Shown here: one piece after another, positions 39,764 through 52,696 of the stretch
Position numbering within the stretch: the first letter of the stretch is position 1
Layout of the letters: each line of letters opens with the position of its first letter
Source: Malacoraja senta
Lineage: Eukaryota
Reading direction: 5' to 3'
DNA: 64,000 bases
Assembly (NCBI GenBank): GCA_038087875.1
Contig: CM075990.1
Location: 6,822,001 to 6,886,000, forward strand
Translations under genes and position numbers: made by a program
The notes under the pieces: model-generated
Seen by the model: the letters and a program-made list of their open reading frames with translations, nothing else
Databases searched by the model: none
What the model was told of the DNA's origin: nothing

Positions 39764-40548
39764 GAATGGAATGGAATGGAATGGAATGCTATTTATTGTC
39801 TAGGTTTGACAATACCTAGACAATACCTAGACAAACCTAGGTTTGAACGAAATTGCATTTACTACAGTTTTTTACATTACAAAAAACCCAAGACCCACAC
39901 TTAACACAATTTACATAAACATCCATCACAGTGAGTCTCCAACACCTCCTCACTGTGATGGCAAAGTCTTATCTCTTCCCTTTGTTCTTCACCCGCGGTC
40001 CAGCAGTCCAACTGCAGCGTCTAGGTGAACTGGGGCTCCGATGTTAAAGCCCCCGGCAGACGATGGTAAGTCCCGTGGCCGCTAACCCGCGCCGGGCGAT
40101 GTTAGGCCCCGCTCCGTGTCCTTTAAACCCCGCGACTCCAGCGGGAGAAGTTGCCGTTGCGGGAGCTCCGAAAAGCGGTCTCCCACCAGGGACCTGGAGC
40201 ACCCGATGTTCCTGTCCACCGGGCCTGCAGCCGGAGCTTCCGAAGCTCCAAAGTCGGGTCGCAGCCGAGCGCCACCACAGCTCTCCCCACTCCGAAGACG
40301 CCCAGCTCCGTGATGGCAGGTCCGCAGGCTCCACGACTGGAGCCCTCAGGTTGGTCCCGGCTGGAGGTCGCCGCCAGCTCCACGATGTTAGGCCCAACGA
40401 CACCGGAGACCCGACAAGGAAAAAGTCGGGTCCCCGTACACAGGGAAGAGGTTTCCCCCACACCCCCCACCCCCCTCCACCCCCCACATATACACAGCTA
40501 AAAAATAATAAAAACTAAGCTCTAAGACATACATTTAACAAGACAAAA
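39764..40548 (-). mobile_element. Unclassified non-autonomous repeat with a GC-rich body (related segment at about 6520-6760)
   Basis: Minus-strand AATAAA plus (CATTC)n tail. Shares CGATGTTAGGCC, a C-run and an A-rich block with 6520-6760. Confidence 0.45.
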
Positions 40549-42412
40549 ATTCTTTTGTCTTGTTAAATGTAGATTCTTTGCAGAAGAATTATAATTATAA
40601 AGTTATCCATCTCGGGAGGAGAAACAGAAACCCACTGAGCTCGTCCACCTCTGCAAATTGGGACGCACTGACTTTGATGTCAAGAGTTGAGAGACTATGG
40701 CACTCCGTATGCCTGAGAATGGTGACCAAGGATAGACACCTTCCTCCAAAGTTCAATTCACATGTAACCTACGCTTGTCACTTGATAGTTTATCAGGAGT
40801 TAATGAGCAGCGGTGAATGTCAATGCATAAGTGCCGCTGGTGAGAGTGCAGACAAGGTGTTGACTGAGACAGAGCATTTCAGTGACGAGGAGGGAGTGGA
40901 GGATATAATAAGTTTGATCGAGGTGTACAAATTATGAGGGGTATAGAAAAGGTGGCCTGGAGAAAAATTATCCCCATGTAAGTGGTAGATAAAACCATTC
41001 AAGATTTAAGATTCAAGAGAGTCAGATAGGACAATGAAATTCTTGCTTTGCTCCAGCACAACAGAACATAGTAGGCATGAATACAGAACAGATCAGTGTG
41101 TCCATATACCATTGTATAAATATATACATAAGACAAAAGAACAGAATTAGGCCATTAAGTCTGCTCGATCATTCAATCAGGGCTGATCTATTTTTTCCTC
41201 TCAATCCCATTCTCTTGCTTTCTCTCCATAACCTGTGACGCCCTTGGGACATAGATGTCATGGGACACTGTACGTCATGTTGTCACTTGCGGGTGGAGCA
41301 CCAAGGCAAATTCCTTGTATGTGAATATACTTGGCCAATAAACGTATTAATTAATTAATTAATTCATTCATTCATATAGGGGAGGAGATGTTAAGAGATT
41401 AAGAGGGGATGTGAGGGGGTTGTTTTTCACCCAGTGAGTGGTGAGTGCCTGGAATGTCCTGCCTGAGAGAGTGGCGGATGTAGAGATGTTAACAGTATTT
41501 AAGTTTCTGGACAGTATTTGAATCAACGAGACACAGAAGGCTGAGTGTTGGTAGATAGGATTGTTGAAAGTGATGGCCTCTGTTCGACCTGGTTGTGTTT
41601 GGGTTGAATGGCCTGTTTCCCTGTTGTATGGTGCCGTGATGGAGCATTACTTAAATGCTGGTTGGGTAAATGTTGATGTACAAGAGGATCTAGCTGTCCT
41701 TGTCCGCCAGTCCCACAAAACATACATGCAGGCAAAAAACAACCCTGCAAAAAGGTAAATGATATATTGGCCGACATTGCAGAAGGTTTTCAGTGGAAGA
41801 ACAAGGAGTTCCTGCTGCAATTATACAGGGTATTTGGGGGAGCCCACACATACAGTATATCCGTACCTTAGGAAGAACACACCTGCCATGTGGGAGTGCT
41901 GCATGTTGATGCTTGTGATGGCAGGAAAGTGGTGTGAGGGGGAGGCTGGATCAACCAGGTCCGTAATCAATAATGTATAAATGACTGAATATGGATCTTA
42001 GTGAAATATACAAAATTCGGACAGGGATGGACAAACTGCATGTACTCCTCCTGGCCTGTAGGCCTAAAATGAGAGCTTATAGTCTCCGAACATGTTATAT
42101 CACTAAAGTGGATCCTGACCCGAAACATCACCCATCCACATTCTCCAGAGATGCTGCCTGACCCACTGAGTTACTCCTCTATTACTCCTGCACTACTTCC
42201 TACCTCATCGGTGACCCTCAGACTATCATTGATCGGACTTGTCTAGTTTTATCTTGCACTAAACAGTATTCCCTTATCCTGAACCTGTGCACAGTGGATG
42301 GCTCGATTGTAATCAAGTATTGTCTTTCCGCTGACTGATTAGCACGCAACAAAAGCTTTTCACTGTACACGTGACAATAAACTAAAACTGAACTGACAAA
42401 ACTAAAACTGAA

Positions 42413-42454
42413 CTCCAATTGGAGGCGTGGGTTCGTATCCCACTTCTGACACCA
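42413..42454 (+). pseudogene. Retroposed 3' part of tRNA-Leu (CAA/CAG type) ending in CCA
   Basis: CTCC-AATT-GGAG variable arm, GTGGGTTCGTATCCCAC T-arm, then TTCTGAC-A-CCA. Confidence 0.85.
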
Positions 42455-44429
42455 TGTAAATCACTTCAAACAGTATAAGATTTACACACATCTTTAATCA
42501 GCACATTAACTTGGCAGCATTACAAAACGAGGTGTTGTCAGTTCATCCTAGCTGTGCTTCAACTAACGGTGCTGGGAATGGGCGTTAGTATAAATGTTAT
42601 AATGGGGTGGAGTTAGTGATGCTGGCTAGGTGTGATTGATTCACATGCATCATCAATCTACACTTGGTGTCCTTATAAGTCACTTCAGACCGAGATGAGG
42701 AGAAATTACTTCACTCATAAGATGGTGAAGAGGCGGAATTGACTATGCAGGCCATATGTTGAATGTTTTTAAGAAGGAGGCAGACATATTTCTAGATATA
42801 AAATTCATCGAGTGACACGGAGAGAAAATGTAAATAAGGTATGGAAAAAAGAAAGATTCGCCAAGATTGTACTGAATGACAACGCAATCTCAAGGGGCAG
42901 GATGGCCCATTTTTTTCTCCTAATTTCTGCCTTCCTTATGTTTCTATACCTCACTCGATGATGGAACGTGTTGAGCGAGCGAGTGCTGTCTTGGAAACTA
43001 ATCACAGGGTGAATCATTCTTACGAGTGGGTGTTTGTGAGCAGCTGAGGGTAGGCGGAAGAGAATCAATGCAAAAGCTGGATCATTCCGCAGCTTCGGCG
43101 TGGCTGAACCCAGTGACATTTAGGAAGCTGGGCAGGTTTATCAGCTACTGTCTTCCGGTGGTTTGCTGACGTTACAGAAATGGATGGCAGGCTTGTGACG
43201 TTTGAAGCCATCAGCGTTCGAGAGAAAGAGATCTGAGGGGAACTGTTAGCCCTTGAATTGAGACACTGTTGAATAAACAAAATATCTTCCAAAGAATTAT
43301 TGATCCTCCTTTTATTACTTTCTGCACTGCACTTTAGTGCATAAATGAGTCCGATCACAGACTAATGATGAGACAGGGGAATAGTGCACAACACTTTCCT
43401 GCGCAGTGGCAGGCTATATTAAAGAGGTAAACATCCCGATAATGGTTATTAGCCCTGCAGCACTCTATAAACTTATCAGCACTTCTCAAAATATTACTGC
43501 GGGATTTATGGATTTTATGTAATGATTCCCCAATTGAGGTTCCTGATGATCTGCAGATGAAAAGAGATTGATTGCAAGAGGGGTCAGAGAGTTATTCATT
43601 TTGGCAATCACCGGAACAATTGGTGTTTATTTAGCAGCCATCTTTCCAGATAAACCTCCCTCAACTGTGGATGGTAAGAGAAACGCACTCTGATCAATGA
43701 GACGAGATACCGACTGACACCGTCTCCCCTGCAACACAGTGTTAGACACAGAAACATAGCAAAATAGGTGCAGGAGTAGGCCATTCAGCCCTTCGAGCCA
43801 GCACCGCCATTCAATGTGATCATGGCTGATCATCCCCAATCAGTACCCCGTTCCTGCCTTCTCCCCATATCCCCTGACTCCGCTATTTTTAAGAGCCCTA
43901 TCTAGCTCTCTCTTGAAAACATCCAGAGAACCCGCCTCCACCGCCCTCTGAGGCAGAGAATTCCACAGACTCACCACTCTCTGTGAGAAAAAGTGTTTCC
44001 TCGTCTCCGTTCTAAATGGCTTACTCCTTATTCTTCAACTGTGGCCCCTGGTTCTGGAACCCCATATCCCTCGATTCCGTTAGCCGTAAGAGCTGAATCT
44101 AACTCTAGCTCTCTCTTGAAAACTTCACCCAAATCTCAGAACATCTCAGAGCCCTGTCCGATTGCCAATGGTCCTGCACGCTGTATCTGGTCAGAAGCAC
44201 TACTTCCATCCCCCTGTCCTTTACCCTGTCCCACTTTCCCCACCCTCTCACACCCCCTTCTTGAACCCTCTAACCTCCCCCACACTGTACACTGTCCAAA
44301 CCACACCCTCCCATACACTGAACCTTGTGTGAGCCTCCCCCCCTCTCTCTCCCACATACTATACCCGCTCCAAACCCCCCCCCCCATCTCTGTACCTGTT
44401 TCCAACCACACCCTCTCACGCATTCCCAA

Positions 44430-44725
44430 GGCGCGGCAGTAGAGTTGCTGCCTCACAGCGCCAGAGACCCAGGTTCGATCCTGACCATGGGCGCTGTCAG
44501 TACGGAGTTTGTACGTTCTCCCTGTGACAACATGGGTCTTCTCCGGGTGTTCCAGTTTTCTCCCACACTCCAAAGACGTGCAGGTTTGTAGAGCACAATT
44601 GGCTTGGGTAAAAATTGAAAATTGTCTCGAGTGTGTGTAGGATAGTGTTAGTGTGCGGGGATCGCTGGTCGGTGTGGACTTGGTGGGCGGACGGGCCTGT
44701 TTCCGCGCTGTATCTCTAAACTAAA
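44430..44725 (+). mobile_element. HE1-type V-SINE (opposite-strand copy follows at about 44860-45170)
   Basis: B-box GGTTCGATCC, V-domain and CTAAA tail. Confidence 0.85.
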
Positions 44726-45311
44726 CACTGTACCTTGAATTATCCTCCCACACACACTGTACCCGAACCAAATCCCTCCTTCTCTTATACAGTGCCCGAT
44801 TCAAACCACATCCTTCCACACACTGAACCCTGCCCGATCTACCATAACATCTCATACACTTAGTTTGGTTTAGAGATATAGCATGGAAACAGGGCCTTTC
44901 GCCAACCAAGTCCACACCGACCATCGGTCAATCCCTCACAGTGATATCTAACTTTCTCTCAAACCTGGGGCACTTTTACAGAGGCCAATTAACCTACAAA
45001 CCTGCGCAGCTTTGGGATGTGGGGGGAAACCGGAGCACCCGCAGGAAACCCACATGGTCACAGGGAGAACGTGCAGACTCCACATAGAACAGCGTCCGAG
45101 GTAAGGATCAAACCTGGGCCAGTGGCATTGTGAGGCAGCAGCTCTACCAGCAGCATTAATGTGCTGCCCCACACTGTAAGTTGTATGACCCTCCCCCCCC
45201 ACCCTCCCCCCACCCACCCACCAGCTACTTTATTTATCACCAACGGATCACAGTCAAGATTTATACACCAATAACTCGGATGCAGAATGGGTACATATCA
45301 ACCAACCTTAC

Positions 45312-45482
45312 CGTAATGAGCCTGTCTCCCGCTCTTAGTCTGCCGTCGGCCTTGGCGGGGTTGTCCAGCACGCCGCGGATGTAGTAACAGTTGTCCAGTT
45401 TACTACGCACCATGGTGAAGCCCAGACTTCCCTTCTTATTTTTCTTCAAGTTTACGTACATCTCATATTCTCGTATTATGGG
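45312..45482 (-). CDS. PTPN20: FRMPD2/PTPN20 exon: first half of PDZ4
   Basis: Acceptor cctttctttag|, PIIREYEMYVNLKKNKKGSLGFTM...DNPAKADGRLRAGDRLIT, donor |gtaagg, 171 nt. Resembles PTPN13 PDZ4. Confidence 0.92.
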
Positions 45483-46313
45483 CTAAAGAAAGGAATCAGC
45501 GTGTGACAATGACAATGAATACACCCTGATCCAATCGCATCCCGCCGTTCCTGCGGCACAGATCCAAGACAACTTGGGGATTTCCATTGTTGATTGTACC
45601 TGTGTGTTAAGGCACCTTGTGAGCAGGTGACCCGCCATTTCCTTTACCTTCCACTCAACACGATGTCTTTGCGAGAACCTACATGAAGTTTGATTCATTC
45701 TTGACCTGATTCCAAATGTTGAGAGTGCAGCAATTCAGCCTCTTTCCCCACACCAAGCCCTGTGCTCCTATACATCATTGTGTGCAGTCTCTTGGCCTAT
45801 CCCATCTTTCATCCCTCCACCATTTGGTAACTATGGTAACATCTGGCTGGGCTCTAATGTGTGGAATCTCCTCTCCAAATCCCCTTGTTCTTCATGTCTC
45901 TTCGCTCTAATGCGAGTAAATGGGACCAGTGTTGATGGTTGGCATAAACGTTGGTTGGCCAAAGTGCCTGTTCTATGACTCTACATAGATGCTCCTTAAA
46001 ACTATCCTATTCCTGGATTTCACCATCTTAGAGGGATGTAGGCCTTACGTGGCCAGGTGGGACGAGTGAAGATGGGGCATCTTGGTCAGCATGGGTAATC
46101 TGGGCCGAAAGGCCTGTTTCCATGTCGTATGACCCCATCACTCTGTGTGGTTTAGTTAAGGTTTGCTGATGGTCCTCTAAAGTTCATTGGATTAAAGGTA
46201 CGATACACAGATAACATTTCTGATGGTGTGAGCAGGTTCAAACATGAGGATCAATTGTTGGAGGATCACTTCCCCAGCGGTCTAGATCTGCGCACCTTTC
46301 CAGGTCCAAAACC

Positions 46314-46461
46314 CCTCTCCTCACCTGCAGAGTAGGGACAAGATGGAAACCCTCTCCTCACCTGCAGAGTAGGGACAAGATGGAAACCCTCTCCTCACCT
46401 GCAGAGTAGGGACAAGATGGAAACCCTCTCCTCACCTGCAGAGTAGGGACAAGATGGAAAC
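46314..46461. repeat. Perfect 37-bp minisatellite, 4 copies
   Basis: Unit CCTCTCCTCACCTGCAGAGTAGGGACAAGATGGAAAC repeated four times without mismatch. Confidence 0.97.
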
Positions 46462-47112
46462 TGCCACCACATGGAGTTATCGAGCTTCTTAAAGCCAACT
46501 GAAACACCAATGTGGGCTCCACCTTTCCATGCTCATCAGTGCCGGCTCTGTTTGTTCTGATCCTTTTCACACCTCTAGTTTCCCTCTCCCCTGACTCTCA
46601 GTCTGAAGAAGTGTCTCGACCCGAAACGTCACCTATTCTTTCTCTCCAGAGATGCTGCCTGACCCACTGAGTTACTCCAGCATTTTGTGTCTATCGCCTC
46701 AACTAACATTTCCTCACAGGCCACCGTCGACGCTGGTTCTGATAACACTCCTGTGGACCAGCCGACATTGAAGGCTCTGTCTAAATGAAGTTGTTGATCT
46801 CGCCGGGTAGACTGCAAATAAAGTCGATTCGAGATCAAACAGTGGACCCCTCAATAACAGGGTGACTGTATGTGCAGTGGTTGAAAAGCACGTGCAACGG
46901 TCCCAACATGATGTTCCCATCTTCAGGATCGCCCTGTGATCTGGTAGTGTGAGCAAGCAATTGTACACTGTTGAACATCAAGAACATGGGTCCATCCAGC
47001 TCCAGCCACATTTCCCTGTGATCTAGGTTTTCCCCGGGTTCTCCAATCTCCACCCAAAAACAAACAGCTGTTGGGTGTGTAATGTGTGTTGATGGAAGAA
47101 GCAGATAATGTT

Positions 47113-47262
47113 TGTAGGCAAAAGTGCTGGAGAAACTCAGCGGGTGCAGCAGCATCTATGGAGCGAAGGAAATAGGCAATGTTTTGGGCCGAAACGTTGC
47201 CTATTTCCTTCGCTCCATAGATGCTGCTGCATCCGCTGAGTTTCTCCAGCACTTTTGTCTAC
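47113..47262. repeat. Long inverted repeat formed by two Penelope family-2 tails
   Basis: Near-perfect palindrome centred at about 47188. Confidence 0.9.
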
Positions 47263-47299
47263 CGTCGATTTTCCAGCATCTGCAGTTCCTTGTTAAACA

Positions 47300-47650
47300 G
47301 ATAACCTGTGTGTTGTCTCTATAACCTGTGTGTTGGTGGATGAGTGTGGGCGACTTGTGTATCGGTGGAAGATGGCAGATTTGTGCGTTATCACTATAAC
47401 ATGTGTTAGTGGACGATGGTAGAATACTTGTGAGTTGGTGGAAGATGGCAAGATGTGAATGATGGTCAGGAACTTGTGTGTTCGTAGATTACGATCGGTA
47501 TCTTGTGTGTTGGTGGACGATGCTGGACTACTTGTAAGTTGGTGGATAATGGTTGGTAACATGTGTGTTGGGGAAAGATGGCAGATACCTGTGTTGCACT
47601 ATGATGTGCATTGGTGGATGGTTGTGTGTAACTTGTGCATTGGCGGATCA
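47300..47650. repeat. Degenerate GT-rich tandem repeat
   Basis: Recurrent ACTTGTGTGTTGGTGGA.GATGG-like units. Confidence 0.6.
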
Positions 47651-49264
47651 TGGGGAATCAAGGTACATTTGAGAGAGAATGGGCTAAAGGGAATTAAATG
47701 AAGCAGTGGAACAGATAGGATTGCACTGACAGTGGGCTTAGAATCAACGGGCTGAATGGCCTCTATCTATATCATAAGATAATACATGAAATATATGAGA
47801 AACAGCCATAGCTACATCAGGATTGGTCAGTGAAGAAAAAACGTGATGGTGGCAACTTTCAATGTTGTTGGCAATCAGTCTGAATAAGGGTCCCGACCCG
47901 AAACGTTACCCAACCATGTTCACAATTATGCTGCCTGACCATCTGAGTTACTCCAGCACTTTGTGCCTTTTTTGTAAAAATAACTGTTCTAAATGGCCAA
48001 CCCCTTATTCTTAAACTGTGGCCATTGATTCTGGACTCCCCCAACATCGGGAACATGTTTCCTGTTTCTAGCGTGTCCAATCCCTTAATAATCTTACTGT
48101 ATGTGTTTTAATAAGACTCCCTCTCATCCTTATGTACTATAGAACCAGTGACGAGAACCCATTTACATTGAAGAAGGATCTCGACCCGAAACGTCACCCA
48201 TTCCTTCTCTCCAGAGATGCTGCCTGTCCCGCTGAGTCACTCCAGCTTTTTGTGTCTATCTTGGAGTACTGCCAGCAGTTCTGTTCGACAACAGTATCGG
48301 AAGCTTGTGATCGCGATGGAGGGCGTGCAGAGGAGATTCACCAGGATGCTGCCTGGGTAAGGGGACTTCACGGGTTATGGGGAGAAGGCAGGAGAATGTG
48401 GTTGAGAGGGAAAGATAGATTAGCCATGATTGAATGGCGGAGTAGACTGGATGGGCTGATTGGCCTATTTCTGCTCCTTTGACATGAAAATAAGCTTGGT
48501 CCCTGGAACAGGGGCAGAGAGAAACCAGCGTTCCTGTTGCATGCATATACAATTTAATCTGATCGCACTCTGCTACAACGTTTTACATGGCTGAATATTT
48601 CCTTCCCACTCCCTGTTAATAAGATGGCCAACTGCATCGTGCACAGCCCACAGCTGCCAATGGCCAATGCAACAGAGAGTATTAGGCCAGCCAGCAATGA
48701 TAACTTCATTAAAACAAATGACACCAGGCACAACATAAAGATATTTTTCAAACCAGGTATCATATGAAATTATCAATTCCTGAACATGGTGGGATGGAGA
48801 TTTCAAAACTGCTCTCCAGACTACAATCCTCACACAACGTGAGCTCAGACCAGTAACAGATGAAAAGGCAAACAGTGAAATGATTATAAAGATATTAATA
48901 TTACCAGAGGGAAATGTAGGTGGAACCGATCTATAAAGCACTATCTCTTTCAGTAATAATGGGATCAGTGATATCAATTCATATCATAAAGAGTACTCAG
49001 GTTAATATAAATTTAATTTAATTTCAGTCAGAACAAAGTGAATTATGAAAGGTCATCTTATTTTCATGGAAAATGGCCCTGTGTTTATCCCACATTGATA
49101 AACTTTCTAGAGTCAGACATTTTATTTGTTTAAAACTTTATCATAATATCCTTTTAGCTGCGTTATGCTTCATGGCGTAAGTGAAGAGGAAGTTTGTTCA
49201 CATAGTGCAGTGGCTTTGAACAGCAGTAGCCTGCCCTTGACCTTAATAAGAGAGACTTCCTAGT

Positions 49265-49793
49265 TAGGGTTGCCAACTTTCTCACTCCCAAATAAGGGGC
49301 AAACGGTCAAAATAAGGGACAAATTCCTGATGGCAATTCGTTGACCGACTCGGCCGTGGCTGGGTGAACGATGAGTGGGCCCGGGTGCTGGACTGCACAC
49401 AAAACCCAGCCGGCGGGCCAGCTGAGGAGTTTTGGCCCGGGCGCCGTCGCGCGCAAAGTCCGGCGCACCATTCAACTCATGAACCGATAATCAGCCATGA
49501 GAGGGAGGGGTGATGGTGTCTGCGGTAAGCGAAGGTCCGAAGGTCGGACAGCTGGCCGGGCTGCCGACCGACGGGGCCACGGGGCCACGGGCGAGGCGCT
49601 GCTGCTGCACTCCATGGGCTGCACTACGTCGGGACGGGTGAGGCAGGGCCGGACGCTGCGCTCCGACCCGACAGTCCCCTCGACCCGAGTAGCAGCAGTC
49701 AATATACGGGACAAGGGCAGTCCAGTGTGGGACAAACCAATTTAGCCCAATATACGGGATGTCCTGGCAAATACCACACAGATGGCAACCCTA
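49265..49793. mobile_element. Non-autonomous hAT element (Blackjack-like termini)
   Basis: TIRs TAGGGTTGCCA / TGGCAACCCTA, subterminal AATA(A/C)GGGAC-like repeats and a perfect 8-bp TSD TTCCTAGT (49257-49264 and 49794-49801). Confidence 0.9.
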
Positions 49794-50289
49794 TTCCTAG
49801 TGCTGATCATTAAGCCTCATCAGTAGAGCAGAGAGGGGCATCTGTCCATCTGTTAACTTGAAGAGCTACAGTATGTGCAAGCCAAGACCTTATCAGCAGC
49901 TAATCCCATGCTATCAACCACCACCGATGCCAATCAGTTCTGTCGGTCACCCAGATTAGATCTTTTTTCCACTTGGGTACCTCATGATTCCAAATGATTT
50001 GAAATAATAATATTATTTAAAAACAACATTAGGACAACGATTAATGAACTATTATGATAGGTAAACCCAAGGTACCCTGAATTAGTTGAGCTTTCAAGAC
50101 CCAGATGCTTTTTGTTAAACTGGAAATAATACAGGTATCAAGTTTCCGCAGTGTGTTCCTGTTCTACGTTTCAACTGGGGAATGACAGCAGATTGACCAG
50201 GAGATCCCCAGATCTTCTTGCGTGCTGAACACGCAACAAAAGCTTTTCACTGTACCTTGGTACACCTGACAATAAACTAACTAAACTAA

Positions 50290-50762
50290 ACGATCCCAGG
50301 AATGAGTAGGTTAACACATGATGAGTGTTTGACGCCACTGGGCCTTTATTCGCTGGAGTTTAGAAGATTGAGGGGGGACCTCACTGAAACGTAGGTACAG
50401 AATAGTGAACGGCTTGGATAGAGTGGATGTAGAGAGGATGTTTCCACTAGTGGGAGACTCTAGGACTAGAGGTCATAGCCTCAGAAATAAAGGATGTTCA
50501 TTTAGGAAGGAGATGAGGAGGAATTCCTTTAGTCAGAGGGTGGTGAATCTGTGAAATACTTTGCCACAGAAGACTGTAGAGGCAAAATCAGTGGATATAT
50601 TTATGGCACAGATAGATAGATTCTTGATTAGTACGGGTGTCACAGGTTATGGGGAGAAGGCAGGAGAATGGTGTTAGGAGGGAGAGATCGATCAGCCATG
50701 ATTGAATGGCAGAGTAAACTTGATGGGCTGAATGGCCTAATTCTGCTCCTATCACTGATGAC
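50290..50762 (+). mobile_element. CR1/HER1 3' fragment
   Basis: Homologous to 21540-21996. Confidence 0.85.
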
Positions 50763-51420
50763 CTGATGCTAAGATTTTGACCTGATTCCGCAGTGATTGG
50801 TGCAGAAGCTTTGTGTCACCCCTGAGTTTGCATAAGTGCCCTGTTCACTGTTGGTGTCAGAGGCAGCCATTTTTTACTCTGAGTATAAAATGGTTGCCCT
50901 TTGCTGGTAACCTAGTGTGGTGCTAAACTGCCAACAAAAATACAGTACTCAAGACACTGTTGATACAAAATCAGTTCTGCACATTTACTCCTTGCAATTT
51001 CTCTCCTCATAGTAGCATTATACAACTGTTTACCAAAATTAACACAGAATTTATAAAAAATATATTTCCTTGATCTATTGAGGTCAAGGTTTTCAATTAC
51101 CTCTGGTATTAATTGCTTTTAATCTATTTCTTTACAAGCGGGATCACTCTGACATGCTATCGTTACAAGAAGCCGTTCTCCACTGAATATTCAGATATAA
51201 TTCCAGTAATACTGATGTTATAAAAAGGCTGAGCATCAACACATATAATTTTGGGAGTGTAGTTTTTAAATCTGAAGAGAAGATTTGTGCCACATCTGGG
51301 AGAAGTCTAGTCCATTCATTCTTGATGTATAGACATTCAGAAAGACTAGTACGCTAGCAGCAAGTGATGAGTAGTGTAAAACATCTAGTGTTTTACAGAA
51401 CCCCATCATGCCACACTTAC

Positions 51421-51739
51421 TAATTTTGGATCTTCATCATCATCATCGTCACTCCTCGATCCGGCTTCCGCTTCAGAATCTATCTCCTCAACATCTTCCC
51501 ACTCAGTTTTAATATTTGTGTCTTTCTCTGCAGCTCCCGAAGGCTCTGGGGAAGGCACCTTGATGCAAGGTTTGATGATGGGCCCGTTGGGCGATTGAGT
51601 GTCTGGGCTTTCGCACAATGAGGACGTTGAGCTGATGGTCAGGTACTCTTCATCCACGGGCGTGGGCGACGACACTTCGGGCTTGTAGAAGTAGACTGGC
51701 AACCTGGCATCTCTTTCCCCAGTCACGCTGCATCGGAAG
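51421..51739 (-). CDS. PTPN20: FRMPD2/PTPN20 exon: Ser/acidic PDZ3-PDZ4 linker
   Basis: Acceptor ctttgcaattcacag| (phase 2), open frame FRCSVTG...PTPVDEEYLTISSTS...DDDDDEDPKL, donor |gtaagt at phase 0, matching the next exon. Confidence 0.72.
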
Positions 51740-52592
51740 CTGTGAATTGCAAAGATATGTTATTTGGGGTGTGAAACAGCAAAGACCCACCCAACAAGAT
51801 TGGAGGCGCAGCTTTTCATTGAGATTGGACGTGAAGTTGTAATTCAATTAAATGTTGTGAGCGAATGCGAGTCCAACAAAGCTAGGGCGACAGGACTGCG
51901 CGGCGGTGGAGTTGCTGCCTCACAGCGCCAGAGACCCAGGTTCGATCCTGGCTACGGGTGCTGTCAGTACGGAGTTTGTACCTTTTCCCTGTGACCTGCG
52001 TGGGTTTTCTCTGAGAACTTTCCGTTTCCCCCCACGCTCCCACTGTAGGTTAATTTTATTTGGTATAAATGTAAAAATTGTCCCTAGTGTAGGATAATGT
52101 CATTGTGCGAGGATCACTGCTCGCTGCGGACTCAATGGGCCGAAGGTCACGTTTCCACGCTGTTTCTCTAAACTGGACTGAACAGAAGCTCATTTTGGTT
52201 TATTTAGACGATTTTTCTTCAAAGAAGTGATAGTTAGAAAATACACAGGAATTAAAATCCTTGTAGACAAAGCCATCAATTACTTGATATCATCATTCAT
52301 TTACATGTTAGGTTGGGGACAGTAAAGATACAATGGTCTGTTCCTTTAACACTGCTGTGACAGTGAGCTTCATTTACAATCTAAGCAAGAAATTATTCCA
52401 CAATCTCAATAATGACATTTTTCATTGTCTGACAATTAATATTAATCAATACAAATAATCCGAGGCAGCACTTTGCAATGTTCCCTTGGGAACTTTCTAA
52501 ATCCTTCATCATTTTTTGTTTCCACTTTCACAATGTATTTGCTAAAATCTATACCATACTAGAATTGCAGTGAGGTTATTTGTGTCCTTTAC

Positions 52593-52642
52593 CCTCTGAA
52601 ATCCAGAAGTTGACCACCGGGCACCATGATCTCAGATAGGTT
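52593..52642 (-). CDS. Candidate 50-nt linker exon (NLSEIMVPGGQLLDFR-G)
   Basis: Polypyrimidine acceptor tttacttccaccag| and donor AGG|gtaaag. Its phase (0 to 2) would bridge the flanking exons. No homology support, so it may be chance. Confidence 0.2.
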
Positions 52643-52696
52643 CTGGTGGAAGTAAAGGTAATGCTTTGGATTCGTTCAGGGGAAGAAGATTGTGCA

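Noticed and set aside
40044..40518. Several overlapping 115-150-aa ORFs
   Set aside because: GC-rich repeat body with few stops. The same applies to ORFs at 4020-4562, 19864-20440 and 49260-49745.
46314..46461. CRISPR-like array (37-bp repeats)
   Set aside because: The units are directly adjacent with no spacers, there are no cas genes, and the context is a vertebrate intron.
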